From an uncultured Bacteroidales bacterium (GTDB lineage Bacteria; Bacteroidota; Bacteroidia; Bacteroidales; JAFGXI01), in the NCBI GenBank assembly GCA_947311115.1, contig CAMZKE010000078.1:33892-97891 (forward strand): DNA of 64,000 nt, written 5' to 3'. The stretch's first letter is position 1, and every line of letters starts with the position of its first letter. Below are positions 1 to 7,613 of the stretch, piece by piece. Position numbers and translations under genes: made by a program. Below the pieces are notes generated by a model that had not been told where the DNA came from, ran no database searches, and saw nothing but the letters and a program-made list of their open reading frames with translations.

Positions 1-776
1 TGTGCCATAAACGATAAATGAATTCCTTTATCAACAATTTTTTTGAAAAGTTTTAATATATCATCAGAGTCTTTATCATCAGTGTATTTGTATGGCCAAT
101 AAGCAAGCGATTTAGAACCAATTCTAATAGTTTTTAAGTTTGGTAAGTCAGCTTCTAAAAGAGGGTTAATATACGCTTCTAATCTTTTAGCCGACATAAC
201 CATTGGGTCGCCACCGGTAAATAACACATCAGTTATTTGGTCGTTTTTCTTAATATATTTTACAAGTAACTCAGTTTCGCGGGAAGCAAATTTTAATTCG
301 TCAATACCAATAAACTGAGGCCAACGAAAACAAAATGTGCAGTATGCATGGCAAGTTTGCCCATGATTAGGGAAAAACAAAACTGTTTGGTTGTATTTGT
401 GTTGCACGCCTGTTAATTTTACCCCTTCTATTTCCGGAATATTATCATTTTTTTGACCTGCAGGATGTGGGTTTAATTTAAAACGAATTTCATTAATTAT
501 CGTTCTTAATTTTTCTTTTGAGATATCACTATTTAAAGCTTTTTCTACAATTTCGTAATTTTCTTTAGTTAGCATTTCTTTTTGTGGAAAAACTAATTGA
601 AAAATAGCATCATTAGGAATATTACTCCAATTAATTAATTCGTCAATAACATAATTATTTATCTTGAAAGGAAGTACATTTCCAACAACTTTAATCGCAT
701 TTATTTGTTCGTTGGTAAGTTTTTTTATTTGTGGAATAGTCTCAAAATTACTAAGGTTATAATATTTTATATTCAT
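1..776 (-). CDS. KamA-family radical SAM aminomutase (lysine 2,3-aminomutase-like); partial, the 3' end runs off the window
   Basis: My own minus-strand translation from the ATG (complement of 774-776) reads MNIKYYNLSNFETIPQIKKLTNEQ.... It contains CHAYCTFC (the CX3CX2C radical-SAM cluster motif) followed by TDVLFTGGDPMVM, as in KamA/EpmB enzymes. It is absent from the ORF track because no stop codon lies inside the window. Confidence 0.75.
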   Translation of the reverse strand, partial: MNIKYYNLSNFETIPQIKKLTNEQINAIKVVGNVLPFKINNYVIDELINWSNIPNDAIFQLVFPQKEMLTKENYEIVEKALNSDISKEKLRTIINEIRFKLNPHPAGQKNDNIPEIEGVKLTGVQHKYNQTVLFFPNHGQTCHAYCTFCFRWPQFIGIDELKFASRETELLVKYIKKNDQITDVLFTGGDPMVMSAKRLEAYINPLLEADLPNLKTIRIGSKSLAYWPYKYTDDKDSDDILKLFKKIVDKGIHLSFMA

Positions 777-845
777 ATTTAATGGTGTTATATGTTAAGA
801 ATATATTTATTTAAAACAATATTCTATTGTATTTTTAAAAGCGTG

Positions 846-853
846 CAAAGATA
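846..853 (-). promoter_or_regulatory. Candidate Bacteroidota -7 promoter motif (TATCTTTG) for the KamA-like gene
   Basis: The minus strand reads TATCTTTG, matching the TAnnTTTG consensus of Bacteroidetes primary-sigma promoters. It lies 70 nt upstream of the ATG at 776. Confidence 0.3.
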
Positions 854-1077
854 ATCTAAATATCTATATATAATAGACGCTATTTTTATTCGTTTGATGA
901 ATATTATTGTTTTGCTGATAATATTTTTATAGATTTATGCGTAATACTAAAATATATATAATAACTTGTTATAACTTGTTAAAAATACCAATATATTTAT
1001 CTATAAATAAATTTTAGTTTAAATTTGCTTTTATTAATACACTATATCTACATACAAAAAAATACACTTTACTTATA

Positions 1078-1791
1078 TTGCTTGTAATAAGTAGTATATC
1101 TGCTTTTTCTCAAGAAAAGTATAAAGTGATTATTGGGCGAGTTTTAGACGATGAACAGCAAAATGGGATTGCTTATGTAAATGTTCAGAATATAACCGAT
1201 AATTATGGTACAATTACCGATTCGTTAGGAGTTTTTAAGATTAAAATATTAAGCGATACTATTGAGCTAAAAGTTTCAACAATAGGGTATTATACGAAAA
1301 AAATTAAGCTTGTAAAAAATGATTTTGTAATACCTTTTGATGTTTTATTAAAGTTTAGAATTTATGAAATAATGCAAGTTGATATTTATCCTTTTACAAA
1401 AAAAGAATTTAAGCATGAGTTTATTTATGCCGATATTAAAAAAGATGATATTGATGTTATTAAAGATAATTTGAAAACAAAGTTTAATTCTGTAAAACGA
1501 TTAAAAGAATTAACACCTACTCTGCAAATTCCATTAAATTTTAAGTCAAGAATTGAAAAACAAGAAGAATTATTAGAAAAAATAAAAGAACTTAGTAAAC
1601 TTAGACTCAAAAATTATGAAAGGATAAGAAGAGTAACACACTATAAAGGCAAAAAGCTATATGATTTTGATAGGTTTTGTAGGTTTAGTTATCATTTTCT
1701 TAAAAATGCATCAGAATATGTGATTTACAGAGAAATAAACAAACGTTGGAAAGAGTACAAAAAAATACAGTTTCTGAATGATGTTGATTAA
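1078..1791 (+). CDS. Hypothetical protein with an N-terminal carboxypeptidase-regulatory-like (CarboxypepD_reg) segment; start codon uncertain
   Basis: The segment YKVIIGRVLDDEQQNGIAYVNVQNITDNYGTITDSLGVFKIKI...LKVSTIGY resembles CarboxypepD_reg beta-sandwich domains. The in-frame upstream codons encode KKYTLLILLVISSISAFSQ (signal-peptide-like) but contain no ATG back to the stop at 1015. The TTG at 1078 therefore gives a truncated signal peptide. Confidence 0.45.
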   Translation: MLVISSISAFSQEKYKVIIGRVLDDEQQNGIAYVNVQNITDNYGTITDSLGVFKIKILSDTIELKVSTIGYYTKKIKLVKNDFVIPFDVLLKFRIYEIMQVDIYPFTKKEFKHEFIYADIKKDDIDVIKDNLKTKFNSVKRLKELTPTLQIPLNFKSRIEKQEELLEKIKELSKLRLKNYERIRRVTHYKGKKLYDFDRFCRFSYHFLKNASEYVIYREINKRWKEYKKIQFLNDVD

Positions 1792-1911
1792 GCTTGTTTT
1801 TTTATATTTTAATCAAATATTATATATATTTTTTGATTAACCAAAGTTTTGTACATATCTTGCAAGTACCTAATGAGATTTAAGCTATATGTAAAATATA
1901 ATTGTTGATAT

Positions 1912-2865
1912 TTGAAAAATTTTAATTATAAAAAATATTTTTTTAAGTTGATTGTTTTCATGCTATTTGTTAGCATGTCAGGTAATTTATATTCTCAACA
2001 ATTACCACTATCTAGTCAATTTATGTTTAACCAATTTCTGATAAATCCGGCTGCAACCGGAAACTCAAAATTTATGGAGTTAAGGTTAAATTCTCGTAAA
2101 CAATGGCTTGGATTAACAGCTGGTCCAACAACCTATAATGTTAGCATTCATAAATTACTTAGTAATAAAACAATGGGAATTGGTTTATCTTTGTTTTCCG
2201 ATAACTACGGACCAGAAACAAGGAATGGGATTAAAATATCTTATTCATATATTTTACCTATCAAAGTGTTAAAATCTAATTTGGCGATGGGGCTTGCTTT
2301 TCATGGATTTCAATATACTCTTGATTATACTAAGCTTATAGCTTACGATATAGGTGACCCATCGTTACAAACAGGAGCACAGTCGGTTTTTGTACCTGAT
2401 GCCGATTTTGGTATCTATTTATATAACAAAAAATATACTTTTGGTATTTCTGCAAACCAATTACTTAGTTTGCCAATAAACCTTGGAGGTATTACTTACT
2501 CGGAGAATGCAATGGTTCGTCATTTTTATGTTATTGGAAGTTATATATTTAACATTTCAGAAAATATAGATATAGAGCCTTCTGTATTGCTTAAAGGTAC
2601 TTTTAATACCCCATTTCAAGCTGATTTTAATTTCAGATTTATTTTTAATAAAAATTATTGGGCATCGGTATCGTACCGTACAAAAAATACTATGATAGCA
2701 ATGCTTGGTTTTAATTATAAACAATTTGTTTTTGGCTATGCTTACGATTATTATTTTAGCGAAATACAAAGTTTTCAGTCGGGTAGTCATGAAATAGTCC
2801 TTGGTTATAATTTTAGTCAAAATTTAATGTCTAAATCGTTATTAAATTCTATTAGAGATTTTTAA
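1912..2865 (+). CDS. Type IX secretion system membrane protein, PorP/SprF family
   Basis: The N-terminal signal is followed by QQLPLSSQFMFNQFLINPAATGN, the characteristic PorP/SprF N-terminal motif. The protein is about 317 aa with beta-barrel-like composition. Its TAA stop abuts the ATG of the next gene. Confidence 0.85.
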   Translation: MKNFNYKKYFFKLIVFMLFVSMSGNLYSQQLPLSSQFMFNQFLINPAATGNSKFMELRLNSRKQWLGLTAGPTTYNVSIHKLLSNKTMGIGLSLFSDNYGPETRNGIKISYSYILPIKVLKSNLAMGLAFHGFQYTLDYTKLIAYDIGDPSLQTGAQSVFVPDADFGIYLYNKKYTFGISANQLLSLPINLGGITYSENAMVRHFYVIGSYIFNISENIDIEPSVLLKGTFNTPFQADFNFRFIFNKNYWASVSYRTKNTMIAMLGFNYKQFVFGYAYDYYFSEIQSFQSGSHEIVLGYNFSQNLMSKSLLNSIRDF

Positions 2866-4800
2866 ATGAAAAAACAAATATTAATATTCTCAATAATCAG
2901 CATTTTGTTTCTTTCTTGTTCGCAAGATTTCTATATTAAAAAAGCAAATAAAGAATATAATCAAGAACATTTTTATTTAGCGAGTGTTCAGTATAAAAAA
3001 GCAATGTTTAAGGGCAGTAATATTTCTGATGATAATACTCTTAAAATAGCAAATACATTCTATAAAATTAAAGATTATAAAACAGCTCTTAAATATTACA
3101 AAAAAGTTGATGTTTCAAAACGTGATTATATTTCACAATTAAATTATGCTAGAATATTGCAATTTAATAAAGATTTTAAAAATGCAAAACAAGCATTTAC
3201 AAATCTAAAAAAAACAAATTCGAAGCAGTATAACGATAGTACAATTGATAAATTTATAGCTTCTTGCGATTTATCAATTACAAACACCAAAGTAAAAAAT
3301 AATCAATACAAAATAAAAAAATCGAAAATTAATGTACACGGCGAATCGTTTGGAGTTTGTTTTTACAATAATGGAATATTATATTCAGCACCTGTAAAAA
3401 CTATTGAAAATTATATTGTAAACATAGCTTTTGAGATTGATAAATATGGTAATACGTTTAAAAATATTTATTATTCAAATATAACTGAAAAAGGTGAAGT
3501 TTTAGATTCATCAATTTTTATTGATTCGGCAAATCGAAAACACCATATTGGTTCGGTTTCGTATTTGCCTGATAGCAATAGATTTTATTTTTCAGAAACA
3601 ATAAAAGAGAAAGAAAAATCTGTAATTAAAATTTTTAGTATCGATAAAGTAGCCGATGAATTTAAAAATTTAAAAGAGTTAAGTTTTAACAGCAATAAAT
3701 ATTCTTGTGCACATCCATCAATAACATCAGATGCTAAAACCATTTATTTTACTTCTGATATGAAAGGTGGTTACGGCGAGACTGATATTTATATGTCAAA
3801 ATTTGAGAATGGTAAATGGGGTAAAGCAATTAATTTAGGTAACGAAATAAATACCGAAGCTACCGAAATGTTTCCGTATATTAAAGAAAATGGAGTTTTG
3901 TATTTTTCGTCGAATGGAAAGGTAGGTTTTGGTGGTTTAGATATATATTATGCACTATATCGTAACGGTAAATGGACACATATTGTACACAAAGATATGC
4001 CTTTAAATTCCTATGCCGATGATTTTGCTTATGCTGAAAATTCAATAAATAATAAGCAAATATATTTTTCGTCAAATAGAAACTCAAAACCAGGTTTCGA
4101 TAATATTTATTTTGCTCAAAAATTTGACCTGCCTCCAGATACAATAAAAGGTAAAATAATTGATAATTTAACTGATAAAGCCTTATCAGGTGCAACATTA
4201 TGTTTGCTAATTGATAGTATATCAGGAGATACAATAGCTAAAGCATATACCGACGAAGATGGTAATTATTCGTTAGTTGTACCAAAAAAACGTGAAGATG
4301 AAGACGAAGAGCATCTTTTTACTGTAATTGAGAAAGAAGGTTACGAAGATAAAGTAATTGATTTTGAAGGTCGGTATAACGATACAGACCGTCCGCCACT
4401 AAGTAACTTAGATGTTGCAATGAAAGTTAAAATAAAAGAAGAGCAAGTTATAGAGTTTCATAATATATATTTCGATTTTGGAAAGGCAGATTTAAAACCA
4501 AGTTCAATACAAGTACTTGATAAACTTATTGATGTAATGAATGAAAACCCAAATATGAAAATAGAACTTAGTGCTCATACCGATAGTAAATCAAGTAAAA
4601 GATATAATCAGAAATTATCTGATAAAAGAGCCAATAGTGCAAAAACATATATGTTATCAAAAGGAATTCTTTCAAACAGAATTGTTGCAAAAGGTTATGG
4701 TGAAACTCGCTTGTTAAACAGATGTAAAGATGGAGTAGATTGTTCTGACGAAGAGCATGCAATAAACCGTAGAATTGAAGTTAAAGTATTATCAAATTAA
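2866..4800 (+). CDS. PorE-like (PG1058-type) OmpA-family lipoprotein: TPR + TolB-like PD40 beta-propeller + CarboxypepD_reg + OmpA_C
   Basis: A lipobox is present (ILFLSCSQ) and the N-terminus is TPR-like. Repeated PD40-type motifs occur (YFTSDMKGGYGETDIY, LYFSSNGKVGFGGLDIYY, IYFSSNR). A CarboxypepD_reg-like segment follows (IKGKIIDNLTDKALSGATL...DEDGNYSL). The C-terminal OmpA peptidoglycan-binding domain reads FDFGKADL...SAHTDSKSS..YNQKLSDKRANS...NRRIEV. Confidence 0.8.
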   Translation: MKKQILIFSIISILFLSCSQDFYIKKANKEYNQEHFYLASVQYKKAMFKGSNISDDNTLKIANTFYKIKDYKTALKYYKKVDVSKRDYISQLNYARILQFNKDFKNAKQAFTNLKKTNSKQYNDSTIDKFIASCDLSITNTKVKNNQYKIKKSKINVHGESFGVCFYNNGILYSAPVKTIENYIVNIAFEIDKYGNTFKNIYYSNITEKGEVLDSSIFIDSANRKHHIGSVSYLPDSNRFYFSETIKEKEKSVIKIFSIDKVADEFKNLKELSFNSNKYSCAHPSITSDAKTIYFTSDMKGGYGETDIYMSKFENGKWGKAINLGNEINTEATEMFPYIKENGVLYFSSNGKVGFGGLDIYYALYRNGKWTHIVHKDMPLNSYADDFAYAENSINNKQIYFSSNRNSKPGFDNIYFAQKFDLPPDTIKGKIIDNLTDKALSGATLCLLIDSISGDTIAKAYTDEDGNYSLVVPKKREDEDEEHLFTVIEKEGYEDKVIDFEGRYNDTDRPPLSNLDVAMKVKIKEEQVIEFHNIYFDFGKADLKPSSIQVLDKLIDVMNENPNMKIELSAHTDSKSSKRYNQKLSDKRANSAKTYMLSKGILSNRIVAKGYGETRLLNRCKDGVDCSDEEHAINRRIEVKVLSN

Positions 4801-4810
4801 TAAAAATAAA

Positions 4811-6727
4811 ATGAAAAGTATATTATTTGTATTTTTAGTTATAATGAGCACATTAAGTGCTTTTTCACAAAATTTACCAAACGAGGTAGAAACAAAACTT
4901 AAAGGGAAAAATATTAACGAACAGCTCGATATTCTTTTAGATTTTGGAAAGAAATATGGTGCAACTAATATTAATAACAGTATAAGTTGTTATAAAGCTG
5001 CCGCAGGTATATATGAAAAAGCAAAGGATAAAAGCGGAGTAGCATACTGTTTAAATAAAGCGGGGAAAGTGTACCTTCAAGCTAAAAAATACAATAATGC
5101 AATAAGCGAATTCGAAAAAGCTAAAGAGTTATATTTTGCCGAAGGGAATAAAAAAAGTCAGTATAATGTTAGCTTTAACATTGGAGATGCTTATATGTAT
5201 AAAAAAAAATATAAAAAGGCAATTAAAAGTTATAAAGAAGCATATAATTTAATAAAAAATAATTCTGATTATAAAGCACACGCATACCTCTTAAATCAGT
5301 TGGGTTCTGCATATGCTAAGGATAAACAAAAAAAAGAAGCTTACAATACTTATGAAAAAGCTTTATCTGCTGCAAAAAAAGCTAATCTAAACGATTTGGC
5401 TGATAATATTCAAATAAATTTAGATAAAGCAAAGTGGAACAAAGCATCAAAAAAAGAAAAACAAAAGATAAAAGAAGAAGAAGAAGTTAAAAATGCCGAA
5501 CTTGTACAAAATTTAAAAGAAGATATTGAAATAAAAGAGCAACAAAACTTATTATCGATGCAAGAAATTGAAAAACTTAGTTTCGAAATGCAGGCAAAAG
5601 AATTAAAGCTTATTCATATTCAAGATGAGTATGAAAAACAAGTTATGGAAAATGAAATTAAAGAAAGTAATATAAAACTCTTAGAAACTCAAAATAATCT
5701 TAAAGAATTTAAAATTAAAGAAGCTAAAACGAAAATAGCACAACAACGTAAAACGCTTATAATTATTGGTTCCGGTTTGGCGGTAGTTTCTATTTTGTTA
5801 TTGTTTATAATTGTATTGTATCGCCAAAAGCGAAAAAATCTTAAAATTGTAAAAAAACAAAAAGAGGAAATTGATGAGAAAAATATAGTATTAAGTCAAG
5901 CAAACGAAGAAATAGCAGCTCAGAGAGACGAGTTAGAAGAGCAAAAAGAAGTGTTAAATAAACAGCATCTTGAAATAACAGATAGTATAAAATATGCTGA
6001 AAAAATCCAAAATTCAATACTTCCATCTAACGATAGAATTTCGAAATATATTCCAAACTATTTTATATTATTTAGACCTAAAAATGTAGTAAGTGGCGAT
6101 TTTTACTGGTTTTATAAAAAAAATAACGAATATTGGGGTGCTGTTGTAGATTGTACAGGGCATGGTGTTCCGGGTGCATTTATGAGTATGATTGGTAATA
6201 GCTTGTTAAATAAAATTATACTTGAACAAGATGTTACAACTCCTGCAATTTTACTCAAAAAATTAAATAAAGAATTAGATTATGCTCTAAATCAAAATAG
6301 AGGTGGCGATACATCTGACGATGGTATGGATATGACTGTTGTAAAGATTAATCCGAAAGATAAAAAGTTTACAATTTCTCTCGCAAATCATAATGCAGTT
6401 GTTATCAAAGATAATATGCTAAACAGAATTGAAGGCGATATTTTCTCAATAGGAGGACTATTTTATTCCGAAGATAATGAGTTTACTAATCACGAAATTT
6501 CGATGGACGCAGGAACTTCTGTTTATATGTTTTCTGATGGGTATCAAGACCAATTTGGAGGTAAGGAAAATAAGAAATACACTATTGAAAAAATGGAGCA
6601 AAAATTCTTATCAATTCAAAATAAAACCTTGAAAGAACAGCATGATATTATGGCAGAAGAATTCGATACATGGAAAGGACTAAAAGAACAAATAGATGAT
6701 ATTTTATTGGTTGGAGTAAAATTTTAA
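4811..6727 (+). CDS. TPR / coiled-coil / single-TM SpoIIE (PP2C-type) protein phosphatase
   Basis: The signal peptide MKSILFVFLVIMSTLSAFSQ starts at ATG 4811; the track start at 4775 overlaps the upstream gene. TPR-like repeats and a long K/E coiled coil are followed by a TM segment (LIIIGSGLAVVSILLLFIIVLY). The C-terminal SpoIIE motifs are SGDFYW, DCTGHGVPGAFMSM, DGMDM, SDGYQDQFGG and DDILLVG. Confidence 0.85.
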   Translation: MKSILFVFLVIMSTLSAFSQNLPNEVETKLKGKNINEQLDILLDFGKKYGATNINNSISCYKAAAGIYEKAKDKSGVAYCLNKAGKVYLQAKKYNNAISEFEKAKELYFAEGNKKSQYNVSFNIGDAYMYKKKYKKAIKSYKEAYNLIKNNSDYKAHAYLLNQLGSAYAKDKQKKEAYNTYEKALSAAKKANLNDLADNIQINLDKAKWNKASKKEKQKIKEEEEVKNAELVQNLKEDIEIKEQQNLLSMQEIEKLSFEMQAKELKLIHIQDEYEKQVMENEIKESNIKLLETQNNLKEFKIKEAKTKIAQQRKTLIIIGSGLAVVSILLLFIIVLYRQKRKNLKIVKKQKEEIDEKNIVLSQANEEIAAQRDELEEQKEVLNKQHLEITDSIKYAEKIQNSILPSNDRISKYIPNYFILFRPKNVVSGDFYWFYKKNNEYWGAVVDCTGHGVPGAFMSMIGNSLLNKIILEQDVTTPAILLKKLNKELDYALNQNRGGDTSDDGMDMTVVKINPKDKKFTISLANHNAVVIKDNMLNRIEGDIFSIGGLFYSEDNEFTNHEISMDAGTSVYMFSDGYQDQFGGKENKKYTIEKMEQKFLSIQNKTLKEQHDIMAEEFDTWKGLKEQIDDILLVGVKF

Positions 6728-6737
6728 TATTATACTT

Positions 6738-6837
6738 AATCTGTTTGGGTTTAATTCCCCGTCCCTTGGGACGTATAAAATATTATTATTCCATAATGAT
6801 ATCTCGTTCGCTTACGGCGAGTAGATTCATTTTTTTT
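6738..6837 (+). repeat. Copy A of a roughly 95-nt two-hairpin intergenic repeat family (also at 34518 and 46401)
   Basis: The sequence is AATCTGTTTGGGTTTAATTCCCCGTCCCTTGGGACGTATAAAA...CTCGTTCGCTTACGGCGAG.AGATTCATTTTTTT. The first 43 nt are identical to copy C. Hairpins lie at 6760-6773 and 6803-6821. The ends AATCT/AGATT are complementary, and a T-run follows at the 3' end. Confidence 0.8.
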
Positions 6838-6867
6838 AGTAAAAGCTTAAATAAATAATAATTTTAG

Positions 6868-7500
6868 ATGGCATTACCATATAATTTTGAAAAAAAATAT
6901 ACTTTTTCGCAAGAAGATTATCCGCAAATAAATGCAAATTACTTGCGAACAGCAATTTTTAATGTTTTTGCTGAAGATAAATTTATTGATGAACAAGAAA
7001 ATAAAATAACTTTTAGTTCAAATAATACATTAGTAAACTTTAGGTTTTTATTCGATATTTTTATTGAAAACTCCGAAAAGTTAAAACTTAAGTTTGTAGT
7101 AAATTTAGTTAACCTTTTAAAAATTACACTATTTCTACTTGTTTTTATCGCCTTATTTTCAAAATTTGCTTTTCATAATTATTTATTATTTGCAGGTGTT
7201 TTTATATTTGTTTTTTACACTGTAAATCTTGTATTTATATCAAGTTATATTAATCGGAAAGTAGAAAAAGCATTATCAATGATGGGGTATAATAGAGAAG
7301 AACTGTTTAATCACGAACAACAAAAATGGCTGCAAAACCCTAATAAATGCTCGGCTTGTGGTACAAGTATTTCCGAAAACCATATTATATGTCCAAATTG
7401 CGGATTAAAAATAAAGCAAAACCCATACACAAAACCACTAAATTTATCGCCACAAAAACAAGATAATGCTATTAAATATCATTACAAATCAAAAAAATAA
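6868..7500 (+). CDS. Hypothetical membrane protein with a C-terminal zinc-ribbon
   Basis: Two hydrophobic segments are present (ITLFLLVFIALFSKF, LLFAGVFIFVFYTVNLVFISS). A CSACG...CPNCG zinc-ribbon motif lies near the C-terminus. I recognise no family. Confidence 0.5.
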   Translation: MALPYNFEKKYTFSQEDYPQINANYLRTAIFNVFAEDKFIDEQENKITFSSNNTLVNFRFLFDIFIENSEKLKLKFVVNLVNLLKITLFLLVFIALFSKFAFHNYLLFAGVFIFVFYTVNLVFISSYINRKVEKALSMMGYNREELFNHEQQKWLQNPNKCSACGTSISENHIICPNCGLKIKQNPYTKPLNLSPQKQDNAIKYHYKSKK

Positions 7501-7613
7501 ATAGCAATATATATTGTTAATAACCTTTTAAAAAACTTACTCGAAAAATATATTAAATTATAAGTCTTTTTTTACTTTTATAATTCATAAAATAAATTGA
7601 AAAATAATTACAG

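Noticed and set aside
4775-4810. N-terminal extensions proposed by the ORF track (4775 for SpoIIE, 30498 for buk, 49858 for the FGE protein, 60589 for the serpin, 61499 for the GATase)
   Set aside because: In each case an internal ATG is immediately followed by a canonical signal peptide or a conserved N-terminus. The extension overlaps an upstream gene, a terminator hairpin (60578-60610) or a -7 promoter motif (49829-49836).
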